A DNA stretch of 64,000 bases from contig JBHGNT010000021.1 in the NCBI GenBank assembly GCA_043228905.1, positions 8,370,001-8,434,000 of the forward strand. The letters are read 5' to 3'. The notes below the pieces were generated by a model, which was not told the origin of the DNA, searched no databases, and saw nothing but the letters and a program-made list of their open reading frames with translations. A program made the translations under genes and the position numbers. This document shows positions 39,601 to 49,683 of the stretch, piece by piece. Source of the stretch: Azolla caroliniana. Lineage: Eukaryota; Plantae; Polypodiophyta. The first letter of the stretch is position 1. Each line of letters begins with the position of its first letter.

Positions 39601-40605
39601 CTATATTAAACATATCGTTATAGTAAATAGCCACAAATGATGTGATCGAGATACGTAATCGAGGTATATACCTCTATGCACACGAAACATCCACAAATAA
39701 GAGATCATCGTAATACGCAATGGAGGTATTGACCTCTTACGCATACGAGACCAAACGCATATCGTTTACAACAAATCAAGGTATTAAACTCATACGCAAA
39801 CGTAACATATGTTCGTGAACGTAATACGTAATTGAGGTATTAACCTCGTACGCATACGACACTCATCACATATTATTAATATGTCAAACGAGGTATTGAC
39901 CTCGTGCACATATGTAAACGTTTTAGATAATCAATTAAAGACCACTACAACATCATTAACTTAATTAAAAAAATTACATATAAACTAAACACATGATTAG
40001 ATGGGAGAAGAGAGAATAGAAAGAAAAATTATGGAAAGAGTTACCGAAGTTCTTTGTTGATCGTTGTCTAGATCAAGGCCAACCGCACAATGATCAATCA
40101 GCATCAATCAAAAGACAAATGAAAAACAAAGAAACATTAGTACAAAAATCTGATACCAAATATTCTAGATCTAGGTACTAAAGTAAGCTTAAGATAAGGA
40201 TAAAGAAATGAAAGATAGAAAGGAGAAAGAGAAAGAAGGGTGCCGATCCACCCGAGCGAAGGGATCGAGACGGACTCGAGCCTCGATCGGCGTCCCATAC
40301 CACCGCCGTGGCGTCGAGTCGTACCTGGTGCTGGCGCGCTCGCTACAAGAGTTGACCCACCACACGAGCAGAGTCTCGATGTAGTCAAAAGATGATCAAA
40401 TGAGGGTAGCTAGGCCTCTTATTTATAGCGATACCCAAGGCCCCCAGGCAAGTTCACACTTGACCTAATGGGTTGTCTCAATCCCGAGGATTAAAAGTAA
40501 TCCTCCCCTTCTTTACACTCTCGTTTAACCCTCACACTTATCCACGTGTATAGAATACTACGGTAAATTCTTACCACGGGATATTATATGGTCATGCCTG
40601 TAACA
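33609..40605 (-). mobile_element. Full-length Ty3/Gypsy chromovirus with tRNA-Met PBS; a few inactivating mutations
   Basis: LTRs 33609-34063 and 40161-40605 are highly similar. TSD CATAG. PBS tggtatcaga at about 40149-40158. PPT agagggggagta at 34064-34075. Confidence 0.95.
34050..38472 (-). pseudogene. gag-pol (Gag, zinc knuckle, PR, RT, RNase H, INT, chromodomain) broken into four ORFs
   Basis: [51 protein letters not shown] and KW..ATWE. Frameshifts near 36610 and 35520, stop near 34914. Confidence 0.9.
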
Positions 40606-41752
40606 CATAGTTAGTAAAGTAGCTAATTAGCTACCATAGTAGCTAATTAGCTATCCTAGCTACTACCATAGTTGTGTAAAGTAGCTAATAAGCTATCCTA
40701 CTAGCTAATTAGCTATCCTAGTAGCTAATTAGCTATGGTACTAGCTAATTAGCTAGTACCATAGTTGTGTAAAAAAGCTAATTAGCTATCCTACTAGCTA
40801 ATTAGCCACTGGCAACTAATTAGCTACTGCCATAGTTGTGTAAAGTAGCTAATAAGCTATCCTAGTAGCTAATTAGCTACTAGCAGCTAATTAGCTATCC
40901 TAGTAGCTAATTAGCTATCCTACTAGCTAATTAGCTAGTACCATAGTTGTGTAAAAAAGCTAATTAGCTATCCTACTAGCTAATTAGCTACTGGCAACTA
41001 ATTAGCTATCCTAGTAGCTAATTAGCTATCCTACTAAATAATTAGCTGCTGGCAACTAATTAGCTATCGTACTAGCGAATTAGCTATCCTAGTAGCTAAT
41101 TAGCTACTGGCAACTAATTAGCTATCCTACTAGCTAATTAGCTATCATAGTAGCTAATTAGCTACTGCCATAGTTGTGTAAAGTAGCTAATAAGCTGTCC
41201 TAGTAGCTAATTAGCTACTGGCAGCTAATTAGCTATCCTAGTAGCTAATTAGCTACTGGCAGCTAATTAGCTGTCCTAGTAGCTAATAAGCTATCCTAGC
41301 TACTACATAGTTGAGAAAGTAGCTAATTAGCTTTCATTGTAGCTAATTAGCTGTCCTAGCTACTACCATAGTTAGTAAAGTAGCTAATTAGCTATCCTAG
41401 CTACTACCATAGTTAGTAAAGTAGCTAATTAGCTATCCTAGCTACTACCATAGTTAGTAAAGTAGCTAATTAGCTATCCTAGCTACTACCATAGTTAGTA
41501 AAGTAGCTAATTAGCTATCCTAGCTACTACCATAGTTGAGTAAAGTAGCTAATTAGCTATCCTAGCTACTACCATAGTTGAGTAAAGTAGCTAATTAGCT
41601 ATCCTAACTACTACCATAGTTGAGTAAAGTACCTAATTAGCTATCATACTAGCTAATTAGCTATCGTACTAGCTAATTAGCTATCCTAGCTTCTACCATA
41701 GTTTAGTAAAGTAGCTAATTAGCTATCCTAAATAACTATCATGTTATTGTAG

Positions 41753-42288
41753 AATCTTGTGGATTAAGGACGGCACATGATGTGTCTGGTGCTGATGATG
41801 CTGCAACAGATGAGGATACTACTGCCAATGTGGCTGAAAGTAAGAGTCCTGCTATCACATCTCCTTCAGATCAGCTGCACCCTATTCTTTTGGAACAGTG
41901 TACTGAATTAGGCAACGATGTGAAATGCCATGAAATAGTGGAAACAACATGTAAAACTGAGGTTCACAACAACAGTGTTTATGAACACTTGATGCAACAT
42001 TTCTTCGAGTCTCAAGACCTTGATTCCACCCCACCGAGCCCAACTACTGAAAATGTCCAAACAGATCCCTCTGTACTTGAAAAGCTAGTTCAAGAAACGG
42101 CTGATGTGCAATTAGCTGCTGAGGCGATGGGAAGGTTGTCGGAGGAGGACACACTTGCGCATTGGGTGAAAGAAGCAAGGCTAAATGGGGAACCAACCAG
42201 AAAAAGGCTGAAGAAGGGGCCACGATCGGGAACAAGACCAGTTACTCGGTCAAGGGGCCCAGACGTAGTGGAGCGAAATACTGTTTAG
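41753..42288 (+). CDS. Probable exon or ORF of the transposon cargo; acidic, low complexity, basic NLS-like C-terminus
   Basis: Open frame from the AG acceptor at 41752 to TAG at 42288. Contains RKRLKK. Link to the downstream ORF unresolved. Confidence 0.5.
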
Positions 42289-42458
42289 TTGGATATAATT
42301 GTTAGCTTAGGGATTTTGCTAGGGTTTTATGAAGTTTTACTATCCTGTTGGACAAGTAAAACCTCAGATTGGTTGTTGCTTGATCCACATTATGTAATGG
42401 AACTCTATGATGTTTTTCCAAGATAATTTGAAGAGTGTTGTTCTATGACTGAAACTCT

Positions 42459-43514
42459 TTGATGTTCAGGATATTGTTTTGTGAGACTATTAGTTACTTT
42501 GTGAGTGTGAATATGTTGGTGTTTTCTGATGTTGCAGAGTCTAAAGGGTTTGATTCTATTGCTCGTAAGGCCAATGGCAGTGTGGATACTGTTGATGTTG
42601 CGGCATGTTTAAAGGGCCCCATCTTGAAAGTAGATGTAGCAACTAACACAAGTGATCTGGTCACACAAGTTGATCAAGCATGTAGCACGGATGACTTGGT
42701 GTTGCAGGTAGATGCAGCATGTGATACCAGTGGACTGATATCGAGCAGATCAGTAGCTACATGCACTGAGGTAATCCAAGGATTGATAACTAAGTCGACA
42801 AAACAAGAGCACCAGAATGTGAAGCTAGGCCCAACACAGTCGACTAGGGGTTTAAAGAGGAAAAGGACACCAGTTGTGTCAGCCGAACCTGAGCTGATTG
42901 AGATTGATCGTATCCTACCAGAAAATGGTGTAACAGCGGCTCAGTTTCAGGAATGGAAACCTAAACCACTAGAAGTCGAAAGAAGAGCCTTGATCTTGGA
43001 GCTTGATAAAGTCTTGATGAGTGTGAGATATATGCAGCCAAGGAGGGACGCAAATCAGTTTCTAGAGTGGGTTGTGGAATACTTTGATTTGTTTATTTGG
43101 AGTGAAAAACCAAAATCAGATGTGTGGAAGTGTTTGGCAAGATTCTTCCCAAAATGGCGAAGTCGTTTTAAAGGTCAATGGGCACGAGAAAATTGTGAGC
43201 AAATGGAAGCTGCAAGATTCAAGAGACTTTCTGATTTTTGGGCTACTTGGCCTGAATATAATGCCGACAATACATTGATTTTGGATATAGAACATTTCCG
43301 ACACTACTTCAATATTCGGAGATGCTGTCTCATTCTACCCGAGGAAATGCCTGAACAGTACCTGGTGCAAATAGTGAGCTGCCAACTAGGTGCATGGTTG
43401 TGGACTCCATACCGAGCTCAATATGCGGATAATATATGTAGACTCGTTCCACTGACTAGCAAGAGCTTAGCTGTTTATAGGAGATTTGTAGACATTTCCA
43501 ATGGTAATTTATAA
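42459..43514 (+). CDS. FCP1/NIF (HAD-like CTD phosphatase homology) domain protein with a degenerate active site
   Basis: LILELDKVL (compare LVLDLDxTL), PRRDANQFLEW..FDLFIWS, W.RENC, FKRLSDFW and YNADNTLILD match the order and spacing of NIF-family motifs. Possible acceptor ttgcAG at 42537. Confidence 0.65.
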   Translation: MMFRILFCETISYFVSVNMLVFSDVAESKGFDSIARKANGSVDTVDVAACLKGPILKVDVATNTSDLVTQVDQACSTDDLVLQVDAACDTSGLISSRSVATCTEVIQGLITKSTKQEHQNVKLGPTQSTRGLKRKRTPVVSAEPELIEIDRILPENGVTAAQFQEWKPKPLEVERRALILELDKVLMSVRYMQPRRDANQFLEWVVEYFDLFIWSEKPKSDVWKCLARFFPKWRSRFKGQWARENCEQMEAARFKRLSDFWATWPEYNADNTLILDIEHFRHYFNIRRCCLILPEEMPEQYLVQIVSCQLGAWLWTPYRAQYADNICRLVPLTSKSLAVYRRFVDISNGNL

Positions 43515-43861
43515 ATATGTAAAGAGATGGCATTATTCAATGAAGAATTTAATTACTTGTTCCCACTGTACTTATCTACTGTGTAATTTGAGGAATATGT
43601 TGCAGATTGTTGATTTCATGCTATTGATGACTATTTAGCTATTGACAGCTAATTATCTGCATTTGTACAGCTAATTAGCTACTGATGACTATTTCGCTAT
43701 AACTTATAACTTAAAACTTAACAAAAAAGACATGATTTTATTGAGAAAGAAGCATAGAAAGCAGACTGTATACAAGAAATTGATTCCAAACGAATTTATT
43801 TAACTGTTTTCGCGAAATACATGTTTGTTTTACAAGAGAACATGGTAAGTGCTACTTGTAG

Positions 43862-46800
43862 CTACAAATTCCATGGCATACTATTGTAAATACATTCATA
43901 CACATTAGCACCAACAGTGTATAAACCGGAGCAGCTATTGTATTCTGACATTGGGACGTTGATGCACCTGACCAAATGAGAGTACATATACGCCGCTGGT
44001 TTGTCTTCTAACAGCCTGTACACATATTCGTAGTCATCTAGTTTTGCATAAAAAATGCCTTCGATGTAGAATGTCCCGGCAGATACAAAATTTCCCCATG
44101 CATCTACAATATTCTGCCTTGCACACTGTTTACTAACCGTGCACTTTAATATATAGAAATCAGCACCCTCTGAATTGCCTTCTTCAACATTTACAGCGAA
44201 GTTATCCCCAACGTTCAGGACATCACTCAAAGTATCTCCAAGTCCCTCATATGTGAAGTCAGCATTCTGCCCTGTTTCTCCATCAACTGCTTCCTTATCA
44301 TTCAGAGTGTGATACTCCCAATTCTGAATATATGCTTTGTTTAGACAATATCTCCAATTTCCCTGCACACAATGGAAGCAAAAACAAGTCAATTCTCTAA
44401 CCGCAATACAATGACCATCCAACCTGGAATAACCGCGAACAGCATGCAGAGATCGCAATTCGGGAATTCCTTGGCACTCCCAGGTCTTCTCCCTATTTAC
44501 TTCATCTATCTTCACTTCCCAAAATTCATGTTTGATATCTCGGACTTGCGAGGAATAAACACCTGTGGCACTCATTGACATATTTGTTCTTAAAAATTCA
44601 ACTACATGTGATGCACAATTCATGTGCACACCATCTGTCTTTAGTTGTTCATGGGTAAGTGCCCGCTTTATAACAGCCCCTGCACCATCATGTTCACCTT
44701 TACCATGGCCAGACCCAAAAAAATTCCATCTCATCTCCAAACCTGTTATAGCAGGATACCTCCCCACAAAATAAAATGGACGTCGAGCCTTGAATTGTGA
44801 CGTAGCTCCGTCAGACCAGACCCAATGTTGAGTAAGCTCCAAACGTTGAGCTAATAACCACTGCCAATGTAACTTAAAACAGTGTTGGACGAACAAGGTA
44901 TCATGCTTCTTATCATCGGAAATAAAGAAATGAATTACTTTTTTAACATCACCTGAAACTCGAAAATATGTTATGTGCACAAAAATGGTTACCTGAACTG
45001 AACACCAATGCATAGATTGAATTTCATTCTGCTGCTTAAAAGTATAATTCTCTGCGAAATCTACTACTGAGACTACTACATCATTTGGGAAATCAGATAT
45101 GCAAGTCTTAAACTGATGGGCCTGCCATGAATAAATGAAATTGTGTTTAATGAACTTTCCTAGAGATACTACAAACAGAGACACCAAATCCCTTGGTTTA
45201 AGCATCTTCCGAACTAGATCCTTTCTTTTACACACCTTTCCTTCGAAATTGGTGTTCACTGACTCAAATAACTTCACAGAGATCAATATTTCACTACTCA
45301 ATTCATTTGGACACCACCTAAATCTAGTAGGGCCACAATCTTGACATAAACCCATGACACATTTATGAATATGGAAGATAGCGTCAGTTTCTCTCGGACA
45401 CAATATTGAATCTAATAAATAACTCATGGAAGAGATAACGTGCTCAGATGATTTACACTCCTCTTGCGGGCTTGATCGACAGATTGGGCACCCACATGTG
45501 CAAACTGTATTAGTTAGGGATGCGCTATGGTGACGTAGTAGATTAACAGAGTTCTTCAGAAAACCCATCTGTACATGGTAAATGCAACAACATGTGTATC
45601 GATCCTTTAAGCATCTCACAAAGTGTGGCTTAAGAGACTCGAATGTTCGTAGTTGAACTTTGATAGTTGGATGCATTCGTTTGAACCTAATAAATAAATC
45701 GACCTGCGTAATAAAGGGGAATTAGTTATTCTCGTAACTAGCTAACTATCCTAGTAGCTAATTAGCTATTCTAGTAGCTAGTTAGCTATTCTAGTAGCTA
45801 ATTAGCTGTCACGGTAGCTAATTAGCTGTCCTAGTAGCTAATTAGTTGTCCTAGTAGCTAATTAGCTATCATGGTAGCTAATTAGCTGTCGTAGTAGCTA
45901 ATTAGCTATCATGGTAGCTAATTAGCTATTCTAGTAGCTAATTAGCTATCATGGTAGCTAATTAGCTGTCCTAGTAGCTAATTAGCTATCATGGTAGCTA
46001 ATTAGCTATCATGGTAGCTAATTAGCTGTCCTAGTAGCTAATTAGCTATCATGGTAGCTAATTAGCTGTCCTAGTAGCTAATTAGTTGTCCTAGTAGCTA
46101 ATTAGCTATCATGGTAGCTAATTAGCTGCTCTAGTAGCTAATTAGCTATCATGGTGGCTAATTAGCTTTCCTAGTAACTAATTAGCTATCATGGTAGCTA
46201 ATTAGCTATCATGGTGGCTAATTAGCTGTCCTAGTAACTAATTAGCTATCATGGTAGCTAATTAGCTGGTCTAGTAGCTAATTAGCTATAATGGTGGCTA
46301 ATTAGCTATCCTAACTAATTAGCTATCATGGTAGCAAATTAGTTGGTCTAGTAGCTAATTAGCTATCACGGTGGCTAATTAGCTATCCTAGTAAGCTAAT
46401 TAGCTTTCCTAGTAGCTAATTAGCTGGTAATAACGAAATAACAAACTAGCTACCATGATAGCTAACTAGCTTCCAGTACAACTAATTATCTGGTAGTACC
46501 TAAATTAGCTATTGAGAATAGCTAATTAGCTATCATGGTAGTAGCTATTGAGAGTAGCCAGTTACCTATGTAGTAGCTATCATAGTAGCTAATTAGCTAT
46601 CATGGTAGCTAATTAGCTTTCCTAGTAGCTAATTAGCTGGTAATAACGAAATAGCTAACTAGCTACCATGATAGCTAACTAGCTAGCAGTACAGCTAATT
46701 ATCTGGTAGTACCTAAATTAGCTATTGAGAATAGCTAATTAGCTATCATGGTAGTAACTATTGAGAGTAGCTAGTTACCTATGTAGTAGCGATCCTAGTA

Positions 46801-47656
46801 GCTAACTGAGGTAAATGTAACTGATAAGCTAATTAGCTTTTCTGCTAACTGAGCTAATTAACTTTCCGAGTAGAGTCAAAACAAATGTTGAGATAAATGT
46901 AAATACCTGAGGTACATCAAGAAGATGAATGGGATGCTCCTCGTATTGATTTCTTCCAACACGTTTCCTGCATAAATCCTTTTTATTGGGTGAAACCCTA
47001 CTCTCATTAGTCCAAAACATTGTGATTACATCCTTGATTTCAAATGTTATGGGTGTCATTGGCTTACATCTTGTAGTTAGCTTTAGTAGACTAGTTCCTT
47101 CACCCGAGGAAATTATACGGTTCATTGTATTGTACACTGTTTTTCTACTAACACCAATTACCTTAGATAGCTCACTGATGTTTATATCGTCAACATCACT
47201 ATTAAGTAACATCATTAGACTAGACCTTTTTAAGACAAGATCATCTTCTGACCTGCTCATGGATACAAAACTATTACGAAGATTATTTACTAAAATAGAT
47301 GATATGTTTGCATTAAGACCATCACAATCAACTAAGTCCTTTATCGATGGATCATTACATATTCCATAAAGTACTACCTTCTTTTCTTCATTGCTGATGT
47401 GCTTGGTTTGAACATTGAAATAGTCTACAACCTTTCTCTCTATGATGGTAGTCGCATTACTTACATTCTCAGCTAAACTATCCTTACCTTTACTGAGTGT
47501 GGCTTTCGTATCCTTCAACAATTGACGATGTTTCCTTTTTTTTTCTGCCCAATAGTTTCGTATGGCTTGTTGTGTCCTGATAACATCATCCCTATCCTTA
47601 TGATCATTGAGGGGTAATTCTAAACACCCTTCTTCCCCTTCCATTTGGCTGGACAT
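43862..47656 (-). CDS. Two-exon DDD transposase (exons 47656-46907 and 45703-43862), about 863 aa, Sola2-like
   Basis: Phase-0 GT-AG intron 46906-45704 joins HLLDVPQ to VDLFIRFKRMHP in frame. Motifs CCCIYH, DFAENY, QNEIQSMHW, SDDKKHD, WSDG..SQFK, GHGKGEHDGAG and CFCFHC. No internal stops. Confidence 0.85.
45735..46860. repeat. 20-bp minisatellite (ctagtagctaattagctatc / atggtagctaattagctgtc) filling the transposase intron
   Basis: Strict 20-bp period from about 45750 to 46310, then more degenerate with an internal duplication. Confidence 0.95.
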
Positions 47657-47989
47657 GTTAAAACCCTAAATTTCCAGAAAAAAAAACAAGTATTAAAGAT
47701 GGCTATGGGCAACAACAATACACAAAAATATTCCACACAATACACAAGATTAGACACAACAATACACAAGATAATCAATAGACAGAAAAGTTATTGCAAT
47801 CCAAGACCGAACAGTAGAGGATTTCACTCCGTTGGATCCAACAGTTGAGGAGGCGATCCAAGACCGACCAATGGCAACAACTGAGTGTAGAATGTTGCCG
47901 TTGGATGAGTGAACTCCGTCAAATCGAAATGTGGAAGCAATCCGGGACTGGACAGTAGTGGCAACTGAGTATAGAATGATGGCAATGGA

Positions 47990-48562
47990 GGAGAGAACCC
48001 CGTCAGATTGAACAGTTACCGATGATGCTTGAAACGCACATAGAAGGCACTTGAGAATAGAGTGGCATAGAGAAGAGAACCCCGTCAGATTGAACAGTTA
48101 CCAATGATGCTTGAAACGCACAGTAGCGGCCCCTGAGTGAGAGTGGAAAAGAGAAGAGAACCCCGTCAGATTGAATAGCTCTTTGATTATGCTTGGAATG
48201 CACAGTAGCAGCCCCTGAGTGTAGAGTGGCAAAGAGAAGAGAACCCCCTCAGATTGAACAGCTCTTTGATGATGCTTGGAACGCACAGTAATGGCCCTTG
48301 AGTGTAGAGTGGCACAGAGAAGAGAACCCCCTCAGATTGAACATCTCTTTGATGATGCTTGGAACGCACAATAATGGCCCCTGAGTGTAGAGTGGCACAG
48401 AGAAGAGAACCCCGTCAGATTGAACAGCTCTTTGATGATGCTTGGAATGCACAATAGTGGCCCCTGAGTGTAGAGTGTCACAGAGAAGAGAACCCCGTCA
48501 GATTGAGCAGCTCTTTGATGATGCTTGGAACGCACAGTAGCGGCCCCTCAGTGTAGAGTGGC
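47990..48562. repeat. 83-bp subterminal tandem repeat, about 7 copies, upstream of the transposase ATG
   Basis: gagaagagaacccc(g/c)tcagattgaacagctctttgatgatgcttggaacgcaca recurs about every 81-83 bp. Degenerate copies extend to about 47800. Confidence 0.92.
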
Positions 48563-48915
48563 GGCAGGTGGACTCGATAGGGTTTAGCAACAGTGGTAGC
48601 AACTAACCCACAGTACTCAACTAGAGATGGCCTACGTGATGTGGCAAAGGATCATGCATAATGGACCTAGGAATTCGATATATAATTTATGGTACACATT
48701 TATGGTGCACACATCAATTTATGTTGCACATTTATGGCACTCATTTACATTTGTAATTAAAACACTCTAGTATTTTCAATGGTAGTTTTTTGCATACTTA
48801 ATTTATTAATGATGGCTTTTTACTAAAATGACTATTTATCAATGGTAGCTTTTTGCATAGCTAATTAGCTATGTCAAGGACATAGCTAATTGTTTCCACT
48901 CGTATGCTTTCACCC

Positions 48916-49660
48916 TTGTACTATTTCGCGTCTTGTGTGGGCGAACAGCTATTAAGCTATGTTCGGGATGCAAAAATGCCGAAGGGTGCATGGGAAAATC
49001 TGAAGAAGATCTTCGCCGCGAGCACCACAGCCAGGAAGCTTCAGCTCCGACAGGAGTTGAGCAACCTACGACAACACGATTTGTCGGTGGCTAACTATAC
49101 CTCGAAGATCAAGGACATATGCGACTCCTTAGCCTCCATCGATGTGAACATCAAGGAAAGCGAGATGGTTGAGGTCTGTCTCGGGGGTCTAGCATTGAAG
49201 TTCGGGGCATTCCGAACTGTTGTGTGTACCCGGGAGAATACACCATCGTTTTTCGACTTACAATCGATGCTCCTTATAGAGGAGAACCACGCGGGTACGT
49301 CAACGAGCACGCACACTGACAGCAAGATGTTGTACACGGAGGGAGATAGGCCCCGTGGCCGTGGCGGACGAGGCGAGTCGGTGCGCAATGGAGGCGGCCG
49401 ACGGGATCAAGGAAGAAGGCACCAAAGTGATGCCGACAGCAATTTCGGGCCCTCCGAAAACAGGGGGAGTCGAGGCGACGAGAACCGGCAAGGGAGATCC
49501 GCCGCAGAATGTTGGTATTATGGCAAGAAAGGCCACATGGAGAGCGAGTGCTGGAAAAAGCACGCCGATTCGGAGAGAACCGGGTCCAGATCAGGTTTCG
49601 GACAGACCGACAAAGGAAATCGGCAACGATCGCACTACGCCGAAGGATCCGGAGAAACCG
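48916..49660 (+). mobile_element. Copia gag fragment (same family as 59758-64000)
   Basis: ASTTARKLQLRQELSNL and CWYYGKKGHMESEC. Aligns with 60340-61060. Confidence 0.85.
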
Positions 49661-49683
49661 TGTTGTCAGTTTTAGGGTTAACA

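Larger units (their letters stand above)
32912..41740. repeat. TAGCTAATTAGCTA palindromic minisatellite (32912-33608 and 40606-41740), split by a Gypsy; probably intronic
   Basis: Dozens of copies in 17-40 bp units. Bounded by a donor-like cag|GTATAC at 32909 and an acceptor-like ttattgtAG| at 41752. Confidence 0.9.
32901..48901 (-). mobile_element. Cut-and-paste DNA transposon (Sola2-like) with transposase, convergent cargo ORFs and palindromic satellite arrays; left end lost
   Basis: DDD transposase. Right end reads 5'-GAGTGGAAACAATTAGCTATGTCC on the minus strand. The TAGCTAATTAGCTA motif is shared across the span. No matching left TIR or TSD found. Confidence 0.75.

Noticed and set aside
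41753-43514. A single spliced gene joining the two plus-strand ORFs
   Set aside because: The acceptor at 42537 needs a phase-1 donor and I found no strong one near the end of the first ORF, so they are kept as separate features.
47990-48562. CRISPR-like appearance of the 83-bp repeats (also the spaced palindromes at 39655-39910)
   Set aside because: Units are homologous along their length with no unique spacers, there are no cas genes, and the context is eukaryotic.
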